Part shown: one piece after another, positions 52,117 to 64,000 of the stretch
How positions within the stretch are numbered: position 1 is the first letter of the stretch
Layout: every line of letters starts with the position of its first letter
NCBI GenBank assembly: GCA_028534125.1
Contig: CM052817.1
Location: forward strand, 98,644,001 to 98,708,000
Source: Lama glama
Lineage: Eukaryota
DNA: 64,000 bases
Reading direction: 5' to 3'
Translations under genes and position numbers: made by a program
The notes under the pieces: model-generated
Database searches by the model: none
Seen by the model: the letters and a program-made list of their open reading frames with translations, nothing else
Told to the model about the DNA's origin: nothing

Positions 52117-54137
52117 AACTTATTTCCTAAACTCATTTCTTACGGCCATTCTCCCCTAGCAGAATGTCCGCCTGCCCCAAACACACTCAACCTCTGGCTC
52201 TTCCCAAGCGTCTCGTGCTTTCACAACTCTATGCCCTTATATCAGCTCCAAGCTGATCTAAGCCAATTTGACCTGCTCAACTCTTAGATGCTTTCTGGTA
52301 GACAATGAGAGCCTCAGAAAACACTGGAAGTAGGTGTGTTTCTCTCCTACAGCTTGGCTACTAAGTTATAATAAAGCAAGTTCCCAAATTCCCCCACAAC
52401 AGACATTTATCAGTAAGCAGGCACAGGACAGTGAAATAATGCGTTTAACCTGAACTTCAGTGAAGTTTGAGATCTTTGCCCAAGTTATCTCACTTAAAAG
52501 TTCCCCCAAGGCAAATCAGCTAATCCTGGTAGGCAGATTTAGCTAACTGTCCACTCAGACTCTGGCAAATAAGAATCAGGGAATAAGCCGCTAGACACAA
52601 GACTAATGGGGATCAGATTTTGGGTGCAATTCTTAAGAGTAAAAAAGATCTGGCTAAATTTCTATATCCCACTCATGTGAGGCAGGAGTGGCTTCAAGCT
52701 ATATTCATCAATCCACACATCTTAAAACCACTAATTTGACCACTGAAGGTCCATATCTAATATCCTTTAGGCTAAATAAGTAGCCACTAATTTCACCAAT
52801 GAAAGCCACATTACTACCATTATATATAGAGAGAGAGAGATCGATCAGGGATAAAAAATACCTGACTCCCTCACCCTCTCTAGAATATAGCCTCATGACT
52901 GAACGGCAGTGTACACATGGTGTGTGCATAATCCAAATTAGATCAACTGATGACCCCTTAAAGTGTAGTTTTATCTAAGAAATATTACATTGTGCACCTA
53001 ACAACAAGTGACATTTCCTCTACCTGACATACTCTTTCCTCTTTTTGCCTAGAGAAAGCCTGCTCATTCCTTAAAACTCAGTTAAAAGATGGCCTATTAT
53101 GGGAAAGAATTCTCACCAGCTGACAGGCATTCCCTGTGGTGGTATGAGCTTAACCATTTGGCAGACGAGGAAGGTGCGGCTCAGGGAGTTCGGTGGTCAG
53201 CCCAGGCTGGGAGACAGAGCTGGAGTTGAAGCCCAGGACAATCGTGCTGAGTTCTGTGAGCAGTCCCGTGGGGACATGCTGAACAAAAAAGACCTAATAA
53301 TTCAGTTCAGGCCTACCTGAAGAATCTACGCTGTCCTGTGTGACCATGGGCTTGAAGAAGATAGATCTGGGATAAAATAGAATTATGAGAAACGGAAATG
53401 TCTGACATACCTGGCTCAGAGCTGTGTTTTTATTGCGCAGGTTTGAGATGAGCTAGCCGTATTTTATGTCTATGTTTAACCAGTTGTATACCAAAGGCCA
53501 ATAAAGTCCTTTCCCTGCAATGACCAAGATGCCCGGGTGTCTTACCACCTAATATCAGTGCATTGGTGACGCGTATCAATGGCGCCTGGCACATAATGGG
53601 TGCCCAGTAAATAAGAAATACATGAACTACATGGCTTACCCTTTATTTTAAGATTTGACTCAATTCCAGGCTACCAGACGTAGGTTCTACCTAATACTCT
53701 CACGGAAACAATTTCTTTGATATATATATCTTATCATATGGTTAAAGTAACATGACGATCCCCTTTTAGAATTCACTTAGTCAATTATTACTGAACCCAC
53801 AAAGGCACGGGAAAAACAATGTGATTTTCCCACACAAGGCATCTTTTAGGAGCAGAGAGCTCATGCACATGGTTATTCAAATTCCTCGGGCACGCCCAAC
53901 GTAAGACAGAGATGGTGTGAAAAACTCACAATCATCTATTTAGTCATCTGGGAAGGATGAGTCAGGGCAGTTGTAAAATGTCAGACTTTGTAGCCAGTGT
54001 AGCAAAGCACAATCCAACTTCCCCTCTGGCAGGAAAACCAGGGCACTGATGGTTAAAGCCAGTCTCCCCAGCTCACAGACAAGTCCAAGGACATATGAAC
54101 TCAACAAAAGACTCCAGACCGGCTCCTCACACAGTGG

Positions 54138-54313
54138 CCTAATTAAGGGGGGATTATCCTTATAAAAGGGTCACCATAGAGGCATTTGATCAATACAACA
54201 TAAAAGGCACCACTATAGATGCAGCTGTAGAATTTCTTGACCCTGCTGATAGCGGCAATGACTTCTTTGTTGGCCTTACAGTCTACAGATGACACAGGTT
54301 TTAACTGGTAAGC
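54138..54313 (+). promoter_or_regulatory. Candidate TATA/Inr core promoter with first exon
   Basis: TAATTA 54140-54145, GGATTA 54151-54156, TATAAAAG 54161-54168, Inr-like TCA(54192)AT 31 nt after the TATA start, donor CTG|GTAAGC at 54307/54308. Confidence 0.4.
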
Positions 54314-54606
54314 AATTGAGAACTCAATGCTCTCTCACATTTTGTGTCTTAGCGCTGCTCTAACTTGTCAGGAGAGCAGCAGTAATAAGAAACAGGCATG
54401 TGACCATCACAACGTACCATCTTTGAGTCAGAAACCAACAATAACCTGAAATGATAAGTGATGCCCTTCCGCTGCAAGTTCAACACCATAGAGGGTCTGT
54501 GTAGAGTATGTGACAAAACGGCACCTTTTGGAGGGGAAGGAAAGAAAGTTAGAAACTAAATAATCACAGGTATTTGGAAGCTTTTCTTTTTTTAAGAAAG
54601 AGTCTT

Positions 54607-54768
54607 GGGGAGAGGGTGCAGCTCCGTGGTGGAGCACATGCTTAGTATGCATGAGGTCCTGGGTTCAATCCCCAGCACCTCCCTTAAAAAAATAACATAG
54701 ATAAACCCAATTATCTGCCCCCCCTAAAAAAATTTAAGTAAAATAAAGATAAATAAATTTTTTAAAAA
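54607..54768 (+). mobile_element. tRNA-Ala-derived SINE
   Basis: ggggagagggtgcagctccgtggtggagcacatgcttagtatgcatgaggtcctgggttcaatccccagcacctcc plus A-rich tail. Confidence 0.93.
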
Positions 54769-54968
54769 GAATCAGTTTCATGGGTTTGACATGTTCTTTC
54801 TTGAGTAGGAAGAAGTCATTTTTACAGTTGCCTGAGAAGCATATTTCCTCTTATCACTTTATTGAAATGAAAACTTTCCATTGAGTTCATCTTCAGCTGA
54901 CACCCATCTATGTTTATATCACAAACAGAATTAGAAATAATTCTTAGAATTCTGGAATCTACAATCTG

Positions 54969-54972
<4 letters not shown>

Positions 54973-55010
<38 letters not shown>
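54973..55010 (+). repeat. (AC)19 microsatellite
   Basis: Direct read. Confidence 0.97.
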
Positions 55011-55013
<3 letters not shown>

Positions 55014-55841
55014 CACGCACGCACACACAGACTATCCCAGGTATAACAGAAATGTCTGGCATCTGATTCCAACAGCACCTTGTAGAACAATTTGTTTAGC
55101 TTCGGTGGCCTTGTTGAAAAGCTATAAAGGTTAGGTTGTGCAAAGATCTCTAACTCAGGGGGTGAAAATATCATAATTTATTGAGAGCAACCTCTAAGTA
55201 GGGGTTGCACAATCCAACTTCCCCTACGGCAGAAAAACCAGGGCACTTCTTAAGTGCCTTATTCAAGCAGTCTTAGCTTACAGGACTTTGGTACTGGCGT
55301 AATTGATACAGCCCCCCAGGCTTGGGAAACTGGGTGGGAAACGTGCCTGCATGTTGAGGATCTTGTCTTGTACCTGATACTGAGCTTTTCTGTACTTCAG
55401 CTTCTTCATCCATAAAAATGGGGGTAATGACAGCACTACCATCCTGGCAAAAAGCTTAGAATGATTCTGGTGCACAGTAAACACTCAATAAGTGGTGACT
55501 ACTATCATGCTTTTCTGACTTTTGAGTGAAGGGAGGGAACAGCTCACCAAAAGCCATCTTACTGGGTCCCTCTAGTTCTTTTTGAAGCTTCTCATTCTTG
55601 TGAAATCTACTGACAACTTCATGTCATTTAAGAAATTCTTGAAAGTAGAATGCACTAGAAGAGAATGCAGTTTTATACAATGAGACAGAGATACCCTGAT
55701 CAATTTGATGATTTCACTGGTGAAATTTAAATCTTTGAAGAATGACAGATGGTGTTGAAAGAGCCGTGCCTCTGGTTCTCTCAGGAGGTTACTTCTACAG
55801 CTCTTGTCTACATATTTTAAGTGAAGCAGGAGTAGGGGTGG

Positions 55842-55933
55842 AATATAGTATATATTATATATACTACATATTATATTATATATATTATACAGTTTTATAT
55901 ATTATATATATAATATTACATAATATACAATAT
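55842..55933. repeat. (TA)-rich low-complexity tract
   Basis: Direct read. Confidence 0.9.
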
Positions 55934-55934
55934 G

Positions 55935-56205
55935 ACTGAATCCAAAGAGAAAAAAGAATGAAGAAGACAAAACAGAATATCCAAGAACTGTGGAACAATT
56001 ACAAAAGATATGCATAAAAGGAAGACCAAAAGGAGAAGAAAGAGAGAAAGGAACAGAAGAAATAGTTACAGTTAATGGCTGACACTTTTCCAAAATGACA
56101 GACACCAAACCATAGATTCAGGAACCTCATTAAAAACAAGCTGGATAAGTAACAGAAAAAATCTCCACCTCGGTATCTCACAGTTAACATGCAGAAAAAT
56201 CAAAT
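55935..56205 (+). mobile_element. Old L1 ORF1-region fragment
   Basis: acagaatatccaagaactgtggaacaattacaaaag...aaggagaagaaagagagaaaggaacagaagaaata...gacaccaaaccatagattcaggaa. Confidence 0.75.
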
Positions 56206-57480
56206 CCCTTTCTGTTTGAAACCACCAAAGTCGTTTCTGTTTCCTTTACTGAATACTGGCTCTGTGACATTCTTAGTTAACCTCCTAAACCTCAGTCTCT
56301 TCTTATATAGAATGAGAGTAGTGACATCTGACTCAGAGAGGTGTTGAGAGAATTAAATTAGCTATTGCATCTGAAGTCTTTAGCATAGTGGTAGACAAAC
56401 AGATCGATCTATATTACACATACAGATATACATATACGTATGTATTTGCTTAGTAGGTGCTAGTTATAATCATCACTATTACAGGTGATGAGGCTCCGGC
56501 CCAGGAAGTCTTCATTTTCCTGATGGCAGATCACTGGTCCTGGCCCGAGCCAAGCCTCATGAGGAGCTACACGACCCCAGGTGTGAGGGTGAACGGTGGC
56601 CTGGGCAGGAAGCCAGACAGCGCATTCTTTTAACCTCCTTAATTCTCAGGAACGTGCTCGTCTGTGCACCTCTCCGGGGTACTCACTACTTCACCGACTT
56701 CCTGCATCCTTTGGCCCAATCCTGTACCACGTGGCTTCCGTTCTTCCTGCCTCTATTCTGAGGGCCTTTCTGAAGTGATTCTTACACTCTTAGACTTTTT
56801 ACTATTTTCTAACTGCAGATTTTCAACATTTTTGCTCTTCTTATATTTTCAATTCATAAGAGCTATAATTTCAACATTTCCCTCATGTATAGCATAGTAT
56901 TTGGAACATAGGTGATTTAACCACCACGGAGACATTCTCATGCCTGTGATTAGGCTATTTAGAGCTGATGTAGTGCCTGTGAGTACACGGCGACACTCTG
57001 AATCATTCCCGGAGTCCTACGAAGCTCATCTTGCTGGAAGTTGCATATAAAGACACAATCTAACTGCTAGGAGACGTTAAAGAGGATTCCACTCTTCATT
57101 TGCGCTCTTGAAGAGCATTTAAAGGTGATACACAGCAACACTGCCCACATCTTCTCTGCCCCCCAATTTCCTCACCTGCCAGAGTTGTTCCTAAGCTTTC
57201 CATTCAACAGCATCCTCCAGAGAACTTCACCAGACTCCTAAGTTTCAGTTAGCCCTTCTCTTCCCCCTCCCCACCCCCGCCTCAATTTCCTACCATAGGT
57301 CTCTTTATTATGTTGGTTGAATTAAACTCTGAGCTCAGCAAAGTTTCTCCCCGCAACCCATTTCCCCTGATGCTACAACACGAAACATTCTAAGACCCAG
57401 TGGGAAATAAAACCACGAAAAATCTTCACTTTTCTTGGATTGCAATACAGAGAGGACCTAAACAGGCAGAGACAAAAAGT

Positions 57481-57700
57481 GCACTCGCCTACACATAAAC
57501 CCCAGCCCCGCCACAAATTGCCTTTCCTGCAGCTGCGGCTGGAACGCCCGCTCCTCCACCTCCCCTTTGGTGCCGGTGCCGCGGGGCTCCTGCCCAGCAG
57601 GGCTCGGCGGTAGCCGGTCACCGCTGCCTCCACCCGCCACAGCCCAGGGCGCTTCCAGCTCCATCCCGCTTGCTTTCCTCTGGAGCCTGCCCTGACCCTT
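57481..57700. promoter_or_regulatory. Small CpG-island-like GC-rich element
   Basis: About 15 CpG in ~200 bp by manual count, GC box ccccgcc, no repeat similarity recognised. Confidence 0.5.
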
Positions 57701-58494
57701 TCTGGCTTTAGGAAAATAAAAGTACCTTCCAAACAGGAACAGTGAGGCCCCTAAAGGTAGCTCTTTGGTGTCCCTAAAAATGGAGAGAGTATTTATGACC
57801 ACTTCTCTCCTCCCCTGGAAGTGTTAAGTAATTCTGGGAAAGGGAAAGAAGGAGGAGGTAGACGGCTTTGATTTCATTCTTCCTCCTACCCTGCTCATCA
57901 TTCCTTCTAGAATCTGCCTTTGATGAATTAACCAAGCGCTGCTTGCCTGAAGAGACTGGGTAACCTTCCATCTCCCCAACAGAGAGATTTCTCGGTTCAA
58001 AACTCGTTTGCTAATACAGCGTTGGTTCTGTGAGTCTGTGAAGGGTGGCAGTAGGGAAACAAAAGAAAGGAACTTTTAATTTCATTAATTATTTCCAGCA
58101 TGTAAAAGATCTGGGGTTTAATATACAGCACAGCCCTGTATCAACTACCCAGGTTTGACAAATCTTAACATTTTGTTCTATTTGCTTCCAAGCTCATTTT
58201 CTTTTCACCGTTATAGGTATAGCTGAAACCTCCCCATTTCCCTTGTGACTTCCCAAAGATCAGCAAAACCTTGAGTTATCGCAAGGGCACTTTTATTTGC
58301 CTCCTGCATTAAACTATATACTCAGCAAGGGCAAAATCCATACCTTGTCCAAAATTCTGTCTATTGGCTTAAAACCAACCTAGTAAAAGCAGGAGCCAGT
58401 CCCACCTTCTCCCAGTAATTCTGGATGTACTCCAAGGGGTGCTGCACAGACACCCACAAAGCAGTTACTGGGCTGCAGAGAGCACTTAAGCTGA

Positions 58495-58710
58495 TAATCA
58501 TAATAGTAACATTGATTAAATGCTGTTGAGTGCTTACTCTCTGCTGACCATTTTGATAACCACTCACATGTAAGAGTTTAATCCTAACAATTACCTATGA
58601 AATGAGTGGGTTCTTATTTTAGAGACAAGGGAATGGCTCCCTAGAGATAAAGAAACACATCACGGTTTTCCTGGTGGGAATGCTTGTACCCAAACAGCTG
58701 ATTCTAGAAC
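58495..58710 (-). mobile_element. MIR SINE
   Basis: gagtgcttactct...tttaatcctaacaattacctatgaaatgagt...attttagagacaaggg. Confidence 0.7.
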
Positions 58711-58939
58711 ATGAAATCCCTTGTCATATTTCTCCCTTCAGCCCTGTTCATCCACCAGCTCCAACTCCCAACCCTCTTGTCCAAGTTCACTATTTGTAAA
58801 GCCACATGGAGCTCGCTCAGCAGTGTAAAGAACTGTGCCCAATCTAACAAATATTTATTGAGAGTTAACCCTACAAGCAACTGTGAGGGACAGAGATAAA
58901 GTGAATATGAGAAACGTTCTATTAAAAAGAATGTACCTA

Positions 58940-59515
58940 TTTTGTAAATAAATTCATTTGTTTTTTTTTTTGGATTCCATATATTAGTGATATTATATGA
59001 TATTTGTCTTTCTCTTTCTGGCTTACTTCACTTAGAATGACAATTTCCAGGTCCACCCATGTTGCTGCAAATGGTGTTATTTTATTCTTTTTTATGGCAG
59101 AGTAGTATTCCATTGTATAAAGATACCACAACTTCTTTATCTAGTCATCTGTCAATGGACATTTAGATTGTTTCCATGTCTTCATTATTGTAAACAGAAA
59201 CAGACTCAGAGACATAGAAAACAAACATGGTTACCAGGGGGGAAAAGGGAGGGAACGGATAAATTGAGCATTAAAGATTTGTAGATACTAACTACTATAT
59301 GTAAAATAAATAAACAATAAATTTATACTGTATAGCACAGGGAACTATATTCAATTTCTTGTAGTAACCCTATAATGAAAAAGAATATGAAAACAAATGT
59401 ATGTATATATATATATATATATGACTGAACTATTATGCTGTACCCTAGAAGTTGACACAACATTGTAAACTGACTATACTTCAATTAAAAAATAAAATAA
59501 AATAAAGTAAATCAA
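58940..59515 (+). mobile_element. Young L1 with 5' inversion (twin priming)
   Basis: 58940-~59194 is antisense ORF2 C-terminus (WYLYTMEYYSAIKKNK...LIYGI); ~59192-59515 is sense 3' UTR plus A-rich tail; 16-bp TSD aaaaagaatgtaYcta at 58924-58939 and 59516-59531. Confidence 0.93.
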
Positions 59516-62144
59516 AAAAAGAATGTATCTAAATTTCTCTGAAAAGTAAAAAGGTTATTATGATTCCAACTCAAGCCAATTAAGAAAGACTTAGCTTGAC
59601 TTTAAAAATTTTTATGTTTGTATACAGCTGAGGTAAATGCAAAATTCAAACAGGGAAAACCTCTAGAACCAAGTAGAATACTCCCATTCTATAAACATAT
59701 ACACAAAAACCAAAACGCTTACTTGATACTACATTTAGAGTTTTATTAATTAAAACATGCAGTGTTTTGGACCTGGTGATGTACCTGCTGAAGTCATCTT
59801 TGCTCACTTCAAACGTCCCAGGGGTTCAAGTGAGAAAGCACTTGATGGTCTCTGGCATTTCACTTTTTCATAAAGTGCAGGAGTTCACGGAGGCCACAGT
59901 GGCTTGGACCTTCAAAGGATCAGTGGGAGAGACTTGAACCTCTGCCTTTCGGCTTAACAGAAACATGAGTCTGCATGCCCAAAACAATATAAGATAAAAT
60001 CGTATCATTAACTATCCCGGGGTAGTGACTGAACTAAAAGTGAAAAGGAGAGAAGCCCAACTTACTGCTTTAAGGGCAACAGACATTAATTCAATACTTG
60101 TTGAATTAAAGGAATTTGATTACATTTCTACCTTGGGCTGCCTGAATTTAATTCCAGCCCCACTGGTTACTTGTTTTGTTATTCTTCGGGACTATTTTCT
60201 TAGCTTCTGCAAGTCTTAATTCCATATTCATAAGGTCTTGTTATGAAGAAGAGCTGAGGGAACCCATGCAAAGCTCCCAGCACGATGCTCAATATGCTTT
60301 AAGTGCTTATGAAAGTTGTCCTTTAGCATTATTAGTGGTAATACTATTCCATTTCCTGAAACTTCTTGCTAGTTAGATACTCTCTGATTTCCTGAGGTAA
60401 TACCATACTGTCAAAATATCTACGTGTATAGTGTAGGGGGGGGGGAAACAGCCTACATTTTAAAAGTGGTTTTTTTTTTTTATTTTTAATCTTGGTTTTG
60501 TCATTTCTTTTGCTTAAACTCAGTATTCAGGATGACCTGATTTTAGAAGTAAATGAACTTAACATTTATTTTCATCGCAATTAGAATGATTTGTTCTGCC
60601 CTTTCTGTAGGCACAAACTTAAATCCAAATGAGATTCTGAAGTGGGAAATAACATTCACCAGGAAGTACTGTCAAGGCTCATGCCAGATGCTACTCTGTT
60701 AGTTCTGGTGCATTAATTTCAGCATCATTGTATCCTGAGATTGGCTGACACCATGAAGACTCAAGTGTACCGAGACTCGTCTCTCTTCACTCCCGGTCCC
60801 TCCCCTCACCCTTTGTTCAGTTCCAGGACCCACTCCCTGTTACTACTAGGTTTATGGATTTATCTGCCCGCCTGTCTGCATCCAAGACTAAACTGACTGC
60901 TTAGACAGAGAGTGGTTAGGTAGCCTTCCGTTCAGCATTAGACTTCAACTTCATCACTAGAAGAGGGGACATACTTACAGTATCTTCTGAGCACAAAGCC
61001 TAGCACGTAAGAAAGAGCTCAATAGTATTTATTAGCTATTCTGACTTTTGTTACTATTATTTTTAACAAGCTCCATCTTGGTATTTATGCTTTTTCTAAA
61101 AGACCATCATTAGATTCTGGCTTCTTTTTCCCTTCTGGGGTTTCCAAAATCACCCAACAGGCAGCTGTCCACTAAGCCTATGCCTAGAGCTTAGGCCAAT
61201 TTAGTTCTTAGAGAAGTGGGAGAAAGTCTTCTCCTTTTTTTTTTTCCCCCACTACTGAAGCTAGCACAAATGTTAACCAAGCTTTTAAAATAATTTTCTT
61301 TTATTTAAATTCATCCAAAGTCACAGAACAATTTTTCAGAAGTTGCTGTTTTCTCTTCTTGTGTGTATTTTTTTTTTCAATCATGGTAAAATAATGTAGA
61401 CTTTCCACTAGGGGAAAAAGAAGGAGAGAGGAAGCATGAAAATCAGAGCCAATTAAAGAAGAAATGCAAAAGTTCTTGGCCCTGATTAAGGACATATGTA
61501 AGGAGGAAAAAAACCCTTAAACCAGGAGGGTTCCCAAGGTAATAATTTCCTTTGTGCTCAGTGATTCTGAAAACACTGTAATTGTTATTTGGAAGTGATT
61601 GAGGACTTTAAAGTTTGTTTTGAAAGTGTGTAACACACACAAATCAGCAATTGATGCTTCCAAGTTCAAAGGAAATAAATTTGAATCCATAACATTTATT
61701 CAAAATCTATGACACTGAGAAAATATTTGCTTTAATAATACAGATGTCCATTTAGAGTGTATAAGGAGACGAAAATGTTTTTAAGACAAGGGGTCCTTCT
61801 GTCAAAACCACTTAGAATCACAAACCTAGAGTAATAGGGTTTGAGGCCAGATCCTACTATTAAATGGCCACAAACACTTGGAAGCCATGCCACCACAAGG
61901 GAAAAACAGTAGACCCACCACAGTAAAGTTCAGCTCTCCATGTTTCCCTCCATAGCTTCCCGCTGGCAGCCCCTATGTTATTCTGCCTCCACAGGGAACT
62001 CCAGCAGGTCTGCAAAGTCAAACAAAACAATAATCTCCCTGCCAAGGGTAGTGGTTAAGACATTATTAGACCTCAGTGTATATCCTGGCCCAGTTATTTA
62101 CTAGACCTGTGGCTTTAGGTAAGTTACCTCTCAGCACCTTTCAC

Positions 62145-62270
62145 ATATTCATTCATTCATTCATTTGGTAAATGTTTCTGAGCAGCTGCAATGTGCCAGG
62201 CACTGTGCTGGGCCTGGAGGATGTAAGCAGTGGTGTGTACAGACAAATATACTCTCTGAGGCAGACACCA
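62145..62270 (-). mobile_element. L2 3' end
   Basis: attcattcattcattcatttggtaaatgtttctgagcagctgcaatgtgccaggcactgtgctggg. Confidence 0.8.
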
Positions 62271-63384
62271 TAGGTTGGCTAACGAATACCCATTGTCAAC
62301 CCTCTTCACTGCTTCTGTCCCACAGTGAGTGGCTTGGCACCACTTAATTTCCTTGAGTCATTTTTCTCGTCTGTAAAATGGCTGAGTTGCTCTATATTTT
62401 CTCTGTGATCTGATCCAGCTTCGTCACTACGTCTGCCTGAATTCTGGGTGTTATTAGTTAAGTTTCTACTGTGTGCAAGCACTAAATGAAACCGAGCTAG
62501 CAAGGGAGCAGAATTCAGGACAGAGGCTAGGGCTTACCAAAGCTGTGGGAGGAGGAGCCAGCCATTGTCTCCATAGCATGTCCATGGCTGAACCACAGGT
62601 TGTCTCAGCCCCAGGTATCTCCCTTTCCAAAGCATCCGTCAGCAGACAGGTGCAGAACCTGGGACATCATAGTGTGTTCTTCTCAATATCTAACAATCAT
62701 ATACTCGTAAAACTAGGTTAAAACAAACATCAAGGACAGAAAGAGATCACAAAAGAGTGAGGATGTCATCTGTCCTGAGGAAGAAAGAAGGACAGGCAGG
62801 TTCACATAATTTGCCTAGTAATGAGTTGCACGTAATACTTAGAGCATGTTTGTGGTACAGGAAATGTGCTACTAAAGGAGTCGATTTTGACATGTGACTG
62901 TGGTCAGTCTTCATAGCTTTGGTTTTCCTGCTGTATTCTCTAAGCCTAAATTGCACCTGGGTGGCAGATCAGTTCTCTCTTGAAGAGTGTCGGAACTCCT
63001 GAGGTCATGCAGGGTAGAAGGGAGACCCTGAAGAGGACTTAGGGACATGGGAGCAGACCTTAGGAGGCAGGAAGGAGAATTCAAGCTTTCTGTCCTGTCT
63101 TCCTTTTCTTGACCTATACATTGATGAATAAATGTAGCTAATAACACTCCTCCCAGTAGAAGGGAATAAAGAAAGCCTTTGAAATGGGATTTATGAAGGA
63201 GGTTGTGCAGGGAAAATTGGAGCTAAAGAAAAAAGATCTATAATTTGTTACATTATTCAGGCTCATAGTGCTCTAATTTTAGTTTCCTTTTATCATCACT
63301 GGGGTAAATTTTTGCTTAACTGTTTAGCCTCTTCTCAGCTATAGGATATGAAGAGAAGGCTATAGAGCATGAAGAGAAGCCTCG

Positions 63385-64000
63385 TTTCTCAGTTAGGGTT
63401 TTATCAGAGGAACAAAGCAACTTAGAAGTTACATAAACATATAGGATTTGTTATAGGGATTCAATCACGAGCAATTTGGGGTCTGGTTAAACAGCCTGTG
63501 TGAAGCTGTTGGCTTCGCATCTGGTGCTGGATCCTAAAGTTAGCAAGGCAGGAAGTTAGGCAGGGAAGAGAGATATAAAATCAGGGAGAACAAAGATAAA
63601 CCAGAGTCCGCAGAGACTAACCAGAACCTGTATTTCTCTCCCTGCCTCCAAACCTGTCATTTTGATGATGCATTTTCCTGCAGGAGAAGCTGGTGTCCTT
63701 CATCACAGAGCTAAAAAGGCACACAGTCCAGGAGTCAGGGAAACTGTGGGAGGATCCAGAGGGAACTTGAAGGGGCTGCAGACTCAGCTGCACACCCAGC
63801 CAACAAAACGAGCCAGCAGATGAACAGTCATGGGCACAAGCAGCAGCAACACCTGGTGCCTCTAGACTGACCTTCCAGGCATAAAAAGTATATGGCTGGT
63901 TCTTCACTTTCCAGATCTCATGAAAATTGTCTCTTATAGCCTCTTAACTCAAAAATATGCAAAGAAGGGATTTCTGGGAAATGCAATTCTGGTTTAGCTA
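63385..64000. mobile_element. ERVL-type LTR remnant (family uncertain)
   Basis: tctcagttagggttttatcagagg...ggatttgttatagggattc resembles MLT2/ERVL LTR ends. Confidence 0.45.

Noticed and set aside
1..64000. CRISPR arrays, operons, prokaryotic or phage systems, NUMTs, processed pseudogenes of known genes
   Set aside because: No regularly spaced repeats, gene-dense segments, mitochondrial-like sequence or recognisable mRNA-derived ORFs were seen.

Overview
Mammalian (placental) non-coding DNA, AT-rich and dense in interspersed repeats. Five tRNA-Ala-derived SINEs and the young L1 3' ends point to a camelid genome (inference). I cannot support any intact protein-coding gene. The only ORFs with recognisable protein similarity are LINE-1 ORF2 remnants, and the long ORFs cross two 500-N assembly gaps, each inside a young L1. 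The rest is old L1M/L2/L3/MIR/MaLR/hAT debris, microsatellites and a few unique blocks. The items most worth follow-up are: (1) a ~620-bp composite retro-insertion (young L1 piece + unidentified sequence + old L1MB tail) bracketed by a perfect 14-bp target-site duplication (TSD); (2) a candidate TATA/Inr promoter with TAATTA and GGATTA homeodomain sites and a first-exon donor at ~54.1-54.3 kb, flanked by a 41-bp direct repeat spaced 1200 bp apart; (3) a twin-primed 5'-inverted L1; (4) CTCF motifs, small CpG clusters and possible non-coding exons. Repeat family names and old-repeat boundaries come from recall of consensus sequences and are approximate. I found no clearly novel biological system.
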